Below are positions 21,117 through 29,540 of a stretch of 64,000 nucleotides of DNA, piece by piece. The notes beneath the pieces were generated by a model, which was not told where the DNA came from, made no database searches, and was given only the letters and a program-made list of their open reading frames with translations. The stretch covers positions 40-64,039 of the forward strand of contig CANPZU010000009.1 of assembly GCA_947588825.1 (NCBI GenBank). Reading direction: 5' to 3'. Made by a program: the position numbers and the translations under genes. The number at the start of each line of letters is the position of its first letter. Position 1 is the first letter of the stretch. The DNA is from an uncultured Clostridia bacterium (lineage in GTDB: Bacteria; Bacillota; Clostridia; Oscillospirales; CAG-272).

Positions 21117-21926
21117 ATGCCGGATACAAGACCACAAGGTTTGAATGCTTCGTATCCTCGCAGAGAAAATGTATTTATAGATTCATATCGAATTCTTGAT
21201 AGCTGTAAGGATAAAGATTGCTTTGAAGATACACGAGTAATTCTGACCGATATGGGGCAGGAAGTGCTTGAAAAGAGCGGAAGTATAAGAGTTACCGAAA
21301 CAAAAGTGGTATGGACGGATATAGTGACCGAACCCGTCAAATTCAATCGCGGGTTTTATCAGATAACCATACGATTTTTTACCAAAATCACGTTTGATGC
21401 CTGTGTTTCGGGAGGAAAAATCCAAGAGATCGAGGGGATCGCGGTAAACGAGAAAAAGGTCGTTCTGTATGGCGGTGAAGGAAATGTCAATATTTTCAGA
21501 AGTTCCGATCTCCCGTATGAGTTTTGCAGCTACGGCGGCGGGGGAGAAAGCGTTTCCTCAAGCAAGCCGGTAATAGTTGTAGAGGTCGTCGATCCCATGG
21601 CTCTTACGGTCAAAGTCATGGAAAAAGGATGTTCGCAGTGCTGCTGCTGCTATTCTCCGGACGAGATGCCCTCAAGCGTGCTGTCATATTTCAACGGCAA
21701 CTTCTCCGATACGACAGTAGGCAATAAAACTCTGTATGTCAGCCTTGGCTTTTTCTCGATAGTCAGACTCGAACGACCTGCGCAGTTTATCGTTTCGGGC
21801 ACGGAATACGCCGTTCCAGACAAGGTGTGCTGCAGGCCCGAGGAGGAAGACCCCTGCAAGCTCTTTTCAAAAATGAGCTTTCCGGTAAACGAATTTACAT
21901 CAGGCGCCCTGCAACAGCAGCAGTGA
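21117..21926 (+). CDS. Cysteine-rich hypothetical protein (possible spore-coat/exosporium component)
   Basis: 269 aa. AGGAGGA SD upstream. Contains DSCKDKDCFED and CSQCCCCYSP and ends in QQQQ. A mother-cell-type promoter-like sequence lies upstream (see findings). Confidence 0.6.
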   Translation: MPDTRPQGLNASYPRRENVFIDSYRILDSCKDKDCFEDTRVILTDMGQEVLEKSGSIRVTETKVVWTDIVTEPVKFNRGFYQITIRFFTKITFDACVSGGKIQEIEGIAVNEKKVVLYGGEGNVNIFRSSDLPYEFCSYGGGGESVSSSKPVIVVEVVDPMALTVKVMEKGCSQCCCCYSPDEMPSSVLSYFNGNFSDTTVGNKTLYVSLGFFSIVRLERPAQFIVSGTEYAVPDKVCCRPEEEDPCKLFSKMSFPVNEFTSGALQQQQ

Positions 21927-22055
21927 TGCAAAAATGTAAATAAAAATATCCGTATGTGTCGCAAATTGAGGGAGTTGATTTATTAAATATGCAGTCGACC
22001 CCGAAGCTTTTTCACTCGTATAGGCACATAATCGAATAAGTAGCAGTGATATTAA

Positions 22056-22097
22056 ATATCGCCCGTACGGTGTCTTTTAAACCGTACGGGCGGATAT
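22056..22097. terminator. Bidirectional terminator between the Cys-rich gene and glnS
   Basis: ATATCGCCCGTACGGT-9 nt-ACCGTACGGGCGGATAT, flanked by A/T runs on both sides. Confidence 0.75.
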
Positions 22098-22106
22098 TAT
22101 TTATTA

Positions 22107-23771
22107 TTATTTATTATTTTGCTTGATAAAGCTGTCTTTGAGAGTTACCGTTCTGATAAAGGTGTTATCACGTTTTTTGTCCTTTACGAAATAACCCATT
22201 CTGACAAACTGGAATCTGTCACTTTCCAAAGTGTCTGCAAGAGAGAGCTCGCCCTTGCAGGAGGTGTACAGCTTTGCAGATTCGGGATTTAAATAGTTGT
22301 TGTATTCATCTGGGTCGACTTCGTTCATGTTGTCATGTGTGAACAGCTTATCGTAAAAAACAACGTTAAAATTCTTGCAGTATTTTGCAGACACCCAGTG
22401 AATGGTCCCCTTGACTTTTCTATCGGTCGGATTTTTATTTGCGGTTTCAAGGTCCGCCGTGCAGTGTATCTCTTTTATGTTGCCGTCGTCATCTTTTATG
22501 ATATCGGTGCATTTTACGATATAAGCTCCCATCAGCCTGACTTCTCCGTCCTTTTTCAGCCTGAAAAATTTGGGAGGAGGGAACTCGGCAAAATCGCTTT
22601 TCTCGATATAAAGCTCCTTGGTAAAGGGAAGCTCGCGACTTCCCGCGTCCTCAAGAGTCGGATTATTGGGCAGAGAAAAGTATTCGACCTTGTCATCAGG
22701 ATAGTTGTCTATAACAAGCTTTACGGGTTCAATGACGCATATCCTGCGCTGGGCTTTTATGTTGAGGTCCTCTCTGACGCAATGCTCAAGAAGCTCGATA
22801 TCGACAAGCGATTCCACCTTGGCAATGCCCGCGCGTCTTACAAATTCAAAAATAGACTCGGGCGAGTATCCGCGCCTTCTCAAAGCCGATATGGTGGGTA
22901 GTCGAGGGTCGTCCCAACCGTCGACGATACCCGATTCCACAAGGTATCTGAGATATCTCTTACTCATTAAGGTGTAGGTCACATTCAGTCTTGCAAACTC
23001 GCGCTGCTTCGGGGGATAGACATTAAAGCCGCAGTTGTTTATTACCCACTCGTAAAGAGGTCTGTGATTTTCAAATTCGAGCGAACAGAGAGAATAAGTT
23101 ATGCCTTCCAAAGCGTCCTGTATCGGGTGAGCAAAATCGTACATAGGATATATGCACCACTTGTTGCCCTGACGGTGGTGAGGAGTGTGCAGTATGCGGT
23201 ATATCGCGGGGTCGCGCATCAGAACATTTGGAGAGGACATGTCTATTTTGGCGCGCAGAGTTTTTGAGCCGTCCGGAAATTCTCCGTTTTTCATGCGCTC
23301 GAAAAGGTCGAGATTTTCTTTCACGGATCTGTTTCTGTAAGGAGAGTCAATACCGGGTTCTGTAAGCGTGCCTCTGTATTTTGTCATATCTTCCTTTGAC
23401 AGGTCGCACACGTACGCCTTGCCGTCTTTTATGAGCTTCAGCGCCAACTCGTAGGTTTTTTCAAAATAATCTGAACCGTAAAACACTCCCCCGGTCGGCT
23501 CGACGCCGAGCCAAAGCAAATCTTCAAGGATCGAGTCGACATATTCCACATCTTCTTTTGTGGGATTTGTGTCGTCGTACCTCAGATTGAAAAGTCCGCC
23601 GTATTTTTTCGCAATTGACGAATTAATGTAAATCGCTTTGGCGCTGCCGATATGAAGATAGCCGTTAGGCTCGGGAGGAAAGCGGGTGTGCACCGTTTTG
23701 TGAACGCCCTTTGCCAAATCTTCGTCGATTATATCGTGTATAAAATTACCGGTAATATCTTCAGTGTCCAT
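22107..23771 (-). CDS. glnS: Glutamine--tRNA ligase
   Basis: TRFPPEPNGYLHIGSAKA (HIGH), LRYDDTNP, VTYTLMSKR (KMSKS) and a C-terminal anticodon-binding beta-barrel region are present. Confidence 0.95.
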   Translation of the reverse strand: MDTEDITGNFIHDIIDEDLAKGVHKTVHTRFPPEPNGYLHIGSAKAIYINSSIAKKYGGLFNLRYDDTNPTKEDVEYVDSILEDLLWLGVEPTGGVFYGSDYFEKTYELALKLIKDGKAYVCDLSKEDMTKYRGTLTEPGIDSPYRNRSVKENLDLFERMKNGEFPDGSKTLRAKIDMSSPNVLMRDPAIYRILHTPHHRQGNKWCIYPMYDFAHPIQDALEGITYSLCSLEFENHRPLYEWVINNCGFNVYPPKQREFARLNVTYTLMSKRYLRYLVESGIVDGWDDPRLPTISALRRRGYSPESIFEFVRRAGIAKVESLVDIELLEHCVREDLNIKAQRRICVIEPVKLVIDNYPDDKVEYFSLPNNPTLEDAGSRELPFTKELYIEKSDFAEFPPPKFFRLKKDGEVRLMGAYIVKCTDIIKDDDGNIKEIHCTADLETANKNPTDRKVKGTIHWVSAKYCKNFNVVFYDKLFTHDNMNEVDPDEYNNYLNPESAKLYTSCKGELSLADTLESDRFQFVRMGYFVKDKKRDNTFIRTVTLKDSFIKQNNK

Positions 23772-23792
23772 GTTATATCCTTTCCGCTCGGT

Positions 23793-25445
23793 CTATTGAC
23801 CGAGTTTTGCTATCTGTGTTTTTATTCTTTGTATTACGCGCTCTTTTCCGAGGATTTTGGTTATCTCGAAAAGGTCGGGAGAATTCGTTTTACCTGTGAG
23901 CGCTATTCTTATAAACGTACTCACATCGCCCACATGACCTTTATACAACTCCGGCGAGGCTTTGTATGCCTTAACGTCGGGAGAAAATCCGTATTTTTCG
24001 GCAATGCGCTTTAAATGTTCAAACCATGTTTCATTGTCTGCGGCTTCAATATCGGAGCATATATACTCGTTCAATATATTTTTTATATCGTTTTTGTCAA
24101 ACTGCTCGGGAAAATCGTCTGTCTTTACAAAATATTCGTCGTAAAAAAGCCCCATATACGCTTTCGCGTCCTTCCAAACAGTGATATCCTTTCGAGGCTT
24201 TTTGCCGCCGCGTCCAATTGAAAGAATCTTTATGGCGTATTCCTTATCCTTTTTGAGTTTTGCCGAAAAATCGGCGTCAAATTCTTCTGCCCAGCTTACC
24301 AAAGAAGAATAAACTTTCTCGGCGCTCATTCTCGATATTACATTTTTTGAAACATCGCAAAGCTTTGCGTTGTCAAACAGCGAGCCGGCGGGATTCATCT
24401 TTTTGCTGGAAAATTTAAAGTCGTTTATCGGTGCGTCGGGGTTGGCGCGTCTCCAGTCCTCAAAATTGGAATTGAGAATTGTCATAAGGTACTCATATAC
24501 AGATTCGGGCGGAAAGCCCTCCGACTTATAATAAGTCAAAGCAAGCTCGGGGTCCTTGCGTTTTGAAAGCTTACGTTTGGAGCTGCCGTCCATTTTCATA
24601 AGCGGACCTATATGAAGATATTTTGGAAGCTTAAAGCCCAAAGCGTTAAAAAGCTGTATGTGAAAGGGAAGTGTGGATATCCATTCATCTCCCCGTACTA
24701 CGTGCGTGGTCCGCATAAGGTGGTCGTCTACAACGTGCGCAAAATGATATGTGGGAATACCGTCCGATTTTAACAGCACATAGTCGATGTCGTTCTCGGT
24801 GAGCGTCATCTGACCTTTTATAAGATCGTTGAATTTGAACTTATTTTCAATCGAGCCATTTGACCTGAAACGAAGTACCCAAGGCGCACCCGAATCGAGT
24901 TTTTCCTTTATCTCTTCATATGAACGGTCACGCCAAAGCGCCCACTTTCCAAAATAACCGAAGTTGGCTTTTGCTTTTTCCTGCTCCATGTGGATCTGTT
25001 CAAGCTCGCTCTCAGTGCAAAAGCACGGATAAGCCATGCCGTTTTCGACGAGCTTTTTTGCATAAACGTGATATATCTCCTTGCGGCGACGTTGACGATA
25101 CGGACCGTACGATCCGAAATCACCGTCTTTTGTAGCACCCTCGTCAAAATTAATATTGTAGTGCCCGAGCGATTCAATAAGGGTTTCGACGGCGCCCGCT
25201 ACCTCGCGTTTGGCGTCGGTATCCTCAATCCGCAAAAAAAGAACTCCGCCCGACTGATGCGTCAGTCTCTCAGATGTGAGGCCCTGAACGAGATTTCCGA
25301 GATGAACAAAGCCCGTTGGGCTGGGAGCCATTCTCGAGACGATCGCACCCTCGGCAAGTCGACGAGGCGGAAATCTTTCCTCAAGCTCCTGCTCGGTGAT
25401 ATTAATGTTTGGAAAGAGAGTATTTGCAAGCAATTCAAAGTTCAT
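23793..25445 (-). CDS. gltX: Glutamate--tRNA ligase (long form)
   Basis: RMAPSPTGFVHLGN (HIGH-like), LRIEDTD and KLSKRK (KMSKS) are present. The start is MNFELL, with GGAGGA 7 nt upstream. Confidence 0.93.
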   Translation of the reverse strand: MNFELLANTLFPNINITEQELEERFPPRRLAEGAIVSRMAPSPTGFVHLGNLVQGLTSERLTHQSGGVLFLRIEDTDAKREVAGAVETLIESLGHYNINFDEGATKDGDFGSYGPYRQRRRKEIYHVYAKKLVENGMAYPCFCTESELEQIHMEQEKAKANFGYFGKWALWRDRSYEEIKEKLDSGAPWVLRFRSNGSIENKFKFNDLIKGQMTLTENDIDYVLLKSDGIPTYHFAHVVDDHLMRTTHVVRGDEWISTLPFHIQLFNALGFKLPKYLHIGPLMKMDGSSKRKLSKRKDPELALTYYKSEGFPPESVYEYLMTILNSNFEDWRRANPDAPINDFKFSSKKMNPAGSLFDNAKLCDVSKNVISRMSAEKVYSSLVSWAEEFDADFSAKLKKDKEYAIKILSIGRGGKKPRKDITVWKDAKAYMGLFYDEYFVKTDDFPEQFDKNDIKNILNEYICSDIEAADNETWFEHLKRIAEKYGFSPDVKAYKASPELYKGHVGDVSTFIRIALTGKTNSPDLFEITKILGKERVIQRIKTQIAKLGQ

Positions 25446-25474
25446 GATAAATCCTCCAGCCAATGATGCTGCAT

Positions 25475-26107
25475 TTAAAGAGATTTGTTAATCAAAAACG
25501 GGTTGTTGGCAAGTTCAAAGCCGATAGTCGAGGAGCGCCCGTGTCCGGGATAAACAATGGTATTATCATTGAAACGGGAAAATTTTTTCAAAGACTCGAA
25601 AAGAGCATCCTGATCGGCAAAATAACAGTCCGTGCGACCGACCGTGCCGCGAAAAAGAGTATCGCCGGTAAATAGCATGTTTTCGATTTGATAACACACA
25701 CCGCCCGGTGTATGCCCAGGAGTGTGCAAGACTTTGAAGGTCATATCGGAAAAAGAAAGGACGTCGCAATCATTAATCAAAACGGGGTCGGGAAAAACGT
25801 AGCGGCTTTTATCGGTATACCCGAAAACCTCGGAAAAATTATATACAGAGCTCGAAACGATCTTAACGTCATCTTTATGAATATAATACGGAATATTATA
25901 TTTGCCGATAATCTCCTTCATTGCCCACACATGGTCAAAATGGCCGTGAGTCAAAAGTATCGCACAAGGCTTAAGATTGTTAAAAGAAACCAAATCACAT
26001 ATTTTGTCATTATCAGATGGATCTATAATAACGGCAGAAAGGTCGCCGCCGTATATAATATAGGTGTTTACCGCGCCGGGACCTCCGGCAAAAGAAATAA
26101 TGTCCAT
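25475..26107 (-). CDS. MBL-fold metallo-hydrolase (glyoxalase II-like)
   Basis: LLTHGHFDHV, HTPGHTPG and a C-terminal PGHG are present. The stop lies only 30 nt upstream of the gltX start, so it is probably the first gene of the gltX-glnS operon. Confidence 0.85.
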   Translation of the reverse strand: MDIISFAGGPGAVNTYIIYGGDLSAVIIDPSDNDKICDLVSFNNLKPCAILLTHGHFDHVWAMKEIIGKYNIPYYIHKDDVKIVSSSVYNFSEVFGYTDKSRYVFPDPVLINDCDVLSFSDMTFKVLHTPGHTPGGVCYQIENMLFTGDTLFRGTVGRTDCYFADQDALFESLKKFSRFNDNTIVYPGHGRSSTIGFELANNPFLINKSL

Positions 26108-26167
26108 AGTCAAGTCAAAATATCCCGTTTCATAAAACTAAAAGAGAAATATAAATAAATTAAATGT

Positions 26168-26196
26168 ATTATAGCACTTTTTTTCCTGATTGTCTA
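26168..26196 (-). promoter_or_regulatory. Sigma-A promoter for the MBL-gltX-glnS operon
   Basis: Minus strand TAGACA, a 17-nt spacer, then TGcTATAAT (extended -10), about 60 nt upstream of the MBL start. Confidence 0.55.
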
Positions 26197-26585
26197 TAAA
26201 AATAATGAGAAAAAAAGAAAAATTAGCGTCTGATTTTATTTTCAAAACTGGTCCGATTTGATAATTGCAATTTAGAAAAAAATAGCGGGACACACGGTTC
26301 GCCGCTGAAAGTGTTTTAAAGGTGAAACAAAAAAAACGCCAAGGAAATTTTTCGTTTTTTCAGACCGTAATAAAAAATACCGTTTTGCATGAAATTTGTT
26401 TAAAAAAAGGATAGATGCTCATTGTGATTTCCGAACGGAGAATCGTTTTAATGAAATCTTTGCAAGCTTCAACGGTACGAGGAAGCGAGGAGATTATTAG
26501 TGAACCTATTATACAAAATGAATATTTTATATAATACAGGGAAGCGAAACGGAGCATTACGGACAACAAATCAGACAACAGATCA

Positions 26586-26629
26586 CAAAACCAAAACAAA
26601 CCCGCAGTGACTGGCTGAGGGTTTGTTTT
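26586..26629 (-). terminator. Terminator downstream of the SleB-type hydrolase gene (usable on both strands)
   Basis: AAACAAACCC-15 nt-GGGTTTGTTT. On the minus strand it is followed by TGGTTTTG. Confidence 0.7.
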
Positions 26630-26658
26630 AATATTTATCATTTATCCTTTATCATTCG

Positions 26659-27786
26659 TCAACTGTAAAACCAGTGGTTCCCGATTCGGAATTCAAATTT
26701 GCGCGTATAAAACCACTGTGAGGTTGATATATTGTGATTTACGAAATAAAGAATATCATCGTTTAAACTGTAGCCGTTGAGAATCTGCTCTGCCGCCTTG
26801 CATGATTCTTCGCCCGGCGTATTGTATATCGTTTTGTTTGCAGTCGGAGTAAACTGAACTCCATATTTCGTATCAAATATTACGTCGTGTACTGTCGACG
26901 GAAATTCCGGGCTCTTAACTCTGTTCATTATCAAATTTCCAACCGCCAACTTTCCGTTATAAGGTTCGCTGCCTGCCTCAGCTTCTATGATGCGTGAGAG
27001 CCAATAAAAATCTTCATTATTGATATCGGGGTCGCTTTTATTATTTTTATTTGACTTCTGTGAAGTTTTATTGCTGGTTTGTTGCTTGTTGCTTTCTTCG
27101 TTTTTTGATGAAGTATTTGGCGTCTTTTTTTCCTTTACCGCATTTGTAGTTTGCTTTGGCGGGTATTTTTCGTTTTCCCGGGTGTCCGAAGTTACTTGCT
27201 TTTTTTCATTATCACTATCGCCGTTTTGTGTGGCTTCATTTTTTGCGTCAGTATTTGTATTATTTGTATTTATATTTTGACCGTCGTGCGAGTTCGTGTC
27301 GGCCTTTTGATCTTTGTCACATTTTTGCTTGTCGCTTTGGTTTAACGATGCATCGCTTAAGATGCCATCATTTGCCGTGCCGGCTCTTGAGTTTAGTTCA
27401 AGTTCATACGTATTTGTGATTTGATTGTGATAAACGTCGAGCTCCAAGCAGTGTGCAGCGCATGAGAGCGGTATGTACAGCTCGAAATTGTGCATGATGC
27501 ATTTTGCAGGACACGATATTATGTTTTCACCGCAGATTATGTAATTTTCATTTGCTTTTGCTTTGATCGTCGGCCAAAAGGTTGAATGCGCCGCTGCTTC
27601 TTTTGATTTTGCATCCCATGTAATATCAGCGTTTAGTGTGAGCTCACTTTCAAAAAAGTTCTTAAATGAAACATACGGCGTGCCATCTTTGATCAGCGCG
27701 CCGCATGGAAGCTCCTTTTCGCTTACCGATACATTTATTTTACCGTGCGACGCAAATGCCAAGGACATCGCGAAGAAAATTATCAA
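26659..27786 (-). CDS. Secreted cell-wall hydrolase with SleB/CwlJ-type (Hydrolase_2) C-terminal domain; 5' end apparently frameshifted
   Basis: The C-terminal YWLSRIIEAEAG.EPY.GKLAVGN.IMNRV....FP.T...VIF....QF is SleB-like. The N-terminal part looks like a copper-amine-oxidase-N (stalk) domain. A ~130-aa N/K/T/S/Q-rich linker separates them. The SD-linked ATG at 27831-27833 is out of frame by one base. Confidence 0.8.
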   Translation of the reverse strand: MIIFFAMSLAFASHGKINVSVSEKELPCGALIKDGTPYVSFKNFFESELTLNADITWDAKSKEAAAHSTFWPTIKAKANENYIICGENIISCPAKCIMHNFELYIPLSCAAHCLELDVYHNQITNTYELELNSRAGTANDGILSDASLNQSDKQKCDKDQKADTNSHDGQNINTNNTNTDAKNEATQNGDSDNEKKQVTSDTRENEKYPPKQTTNAVKEKKTPNTSSKNEESNKQQTSNKTSQKSNKNNKSDPDINNEDFYWLSRIIEAEAGSEPYNGKLAVGNLIMNRVKSPEFPSTVHDVIFDTKYGVQFTPTANKTIYNTPGEESCKAAEQILNGYSLNDDILYFVNHNISTSQWFYTRKFEFRIGNHWFYS

Positions 27787-27929
27787 AATCAGAACAATGG
27801 GTATGTATAAATATTTTCTGAAGATTTTTTCATAAAATACCGCCTTTCATATCTAATCTAAATAAATTATACATGAAAACTAATATTTTATCAACAAACA
27901 AATAAATGAAATTGTTAAATAAATAACAA

Positions 27930-28256
27930 TTAAAGTGAGTTAGTGAAATAAGAGGATATATCTGCAAGCTCTTTGATACGCGCTATCTCAGCCTTCAGTA
28001 CTTTTTTGCCTCTTGAGGTAATCTCGTAAATACGGCGGTTATCCACCTCGTCATAAAGGCATATCAAATTGTCTTTTTCCATTTTGGCTATAGTTCCGTA
28101 TATAGTGCCCGAGCCGAGGTTTATTCGGCCGTTTGTTTTTTCAGCTACCCATTTCGATATACCGTACCCGTGCTTTGGTTCGCACAGAGAAAGCAAAATG
28201 AAATATGCCGTTTCGGTCATCGGTACGTATTTTTTTACAAGCGATTCGATATCCAT
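27930..28256 (-). CDS. PadR-family transcriptional regulator
   Basis: 108 aa. A winged-helix core YFILLSLCEPKHGYGISKWV......I.LG.GTIYGTIAKMEKDNLI is present. AAAGGAA SD upstream. Confidence 0.85.
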   Translation of the reverse strand: MDIESLVKKYVPMTETAYFILLSLCEPKHGYGISKWVAEKTNGRINLGSGTIYGTIAKMEKDNLICLYDEVDNRRIYEITSRGKKVLKAEIARIKELADISSYFTNSL

Positions 28257-28380
28257 ATTAAATTCCTTTGGCTAATTTGTTAATTTGACAAATTTCTTAA
28301 AATTATCAACATGTCGCGCTTTGATATGTTGATGTGTCGTTTATCAACACGTCATAGCGCTACATGTTGACATTTAAATT

Positions 28381-28427
28381 ATGTCGAGCTACGACATAAT
28401 TATATCACGGCGTGACATATTTGTCAA
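28381..28427 (-). promoter_or_regulatory. padR promoter with overlapping palindromic operator
   Basis: Minus strand TTGACA (28422-28427), a 17-nt spacer, then TATAAT (28399-28404). This is immediately followed by the perfect palindrome ATGTCG-tagct-CGACAT (28381-28397). Confidence 0.65.
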
Positions 28428-28446
28428 GACCTTTTTCTGATTTAAA

Positions 28447-28493
28447 CAAAAAATGAGGGCGATCCCAAATCCTGGTGTCGGGGTCGCCCTCAT
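28447..28493 (-). terminator. Terminator downstream of the Gfo/Idh/MocA gene
   Basis: Minus strand ATGAGGGCGACCCC-loop-GGGATCGCCCTCAT followed by TTTTTTG. Confidence 0.8.
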
Positions 28494-28507
28494 ATCGTAT
28501 TATATTT

Positions 28508-29506
28508 TTAAATTAATCGGCTTTTGATTTTATATCCTGTTTTTTTTCTTATCAGTTCGAGCGTTTCTATTGACATTTCGGTCAATTTTCCGTTTTCTTC
28601 GTATTCCTTAATGTTTCCGTTTATATAGCTTAGAAAATCATTTATTTCGTATTTCATGCTTTTTGGAAAGTCGTTTCTGCCGTGAATTATCCTTTTTTCG
28701 TTTTTTTCAATACCAAAACTGTCATGTGATACGAGCATTTGAAGCTGTGATATGTTTTCCATGCTTATCACCGTATTTTTACACAGTATTTCACTTCTTG
28801 CGCTGCTTTCACAAAGCTTGGAAACTGTAAGCACGCATTCAAAGCCGTCGTAAATAAGTACTATCGTGTTCGATAAATCCGCGCCGTTTTTGCTGAAGTG
28901 TCCTTGCGCGAATATATCTATCGGTTTTCCGAAGAGATATGCCGCAAGCGATGTGCCGTATACCCCGAGATCCATGAGGGCGCCGCCGCAGCATTCCCTG
29001 TCAAAGCTCGAGAACATCATTCCCTTCTCTACCCTGTCAAGCTTTGACGATCTTTGGCAAAAGTCAAACCTTGCACAGACTACGCCGCCGCTTCGATCTG
29101 TTAACCGTTTAAGCTCCTTTGCCCATTTGACATGTACGTTCAGCATAGCTTCCATGTATATTACATTGTGTTTTTTTGCAAGCGAAAGCAACTCTCTGTA
29201 TTCTCCCGCCGTAACGCTAATTGGCTTTTCACATATTACATGCTTGCCTGCCTGTATGAAAATTTTGCTTTGCGCGTAATGAAGCATGTTTGGGGACGCG
29301 ATATAAACAGCGTCTATATCGGGGTCGTTTGCCATTTTATACAGATCGTCGTAAAATACGCTCGCTCCTCTTTCTTTTCCAAACGAGCGGGCTTTTTCAA
29401 TGTTTCGTGAATACTGCGCGTAATACATTATTCCGTCGCTCATTTTTATCGCTTTTATAAATTCCTCGACAAGCCAAAATGTTCCGATGACTGCAATTTT
29501 TATCAT
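28508..29506 (-). CDS. Gfo/Idh/MocA-family NAD(P)-dependent oxidoreductase
   Basis: An N-terminal Rossmann IKIAVIGTFW..E.F and the EKP motif (VICEKPI) are present. The start is the ATG 5 nt after GGAG. Confidence 0.85.
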   Translation of the reverse strand: MIKIAVIGTFWLVEEFIKAIKMSDGIMYYAQYSRNIEKARSFGKERGASVFYDDLYKMANDPDIDAVYIASPNMLHYAQSKIFIQAGKHVICEKPISVTAGEYRELLSLAKKHNVIYMEAMLNVHVKWAKELKRLTDRSGGVVCARFDFCQRSSKLDRVEKGMMFSSFDRECCGGALMDLGVYGTSLAAYLFGKPIDIFAQGHFSKNGADLSNTIVLIYDGFECVLTVSKLCESSARSEILCKNTVISMENISQLQMLVSHDSFGIEKNEKRIIHGRNDFPKSMKYEINDFLSYINGNIKEYEENGKLTEMSIETLELIRKKTGYKIKSRLI

Positions 29507-29540
29507 GTACACTCCGAATGTTATTTTATGTTTTTATTTT

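Noticed and set aside
26108-26600. T-box leader for the gltX/glnS operon
   Set aside because: I looked on the minus strand for the conserved T-box core (GGUGGNACC) and a specifier-loop stem and found none. A good promoter lies only about 60 nt upstream of the first gene, leaving no room for a T-box.
26360-26641. 93-aa minus-strand ORF
   Set aside because: It begins inside the terminator hairpin of the upstream gene, has no SD, and encodes a hydrophobic low-complexity product.
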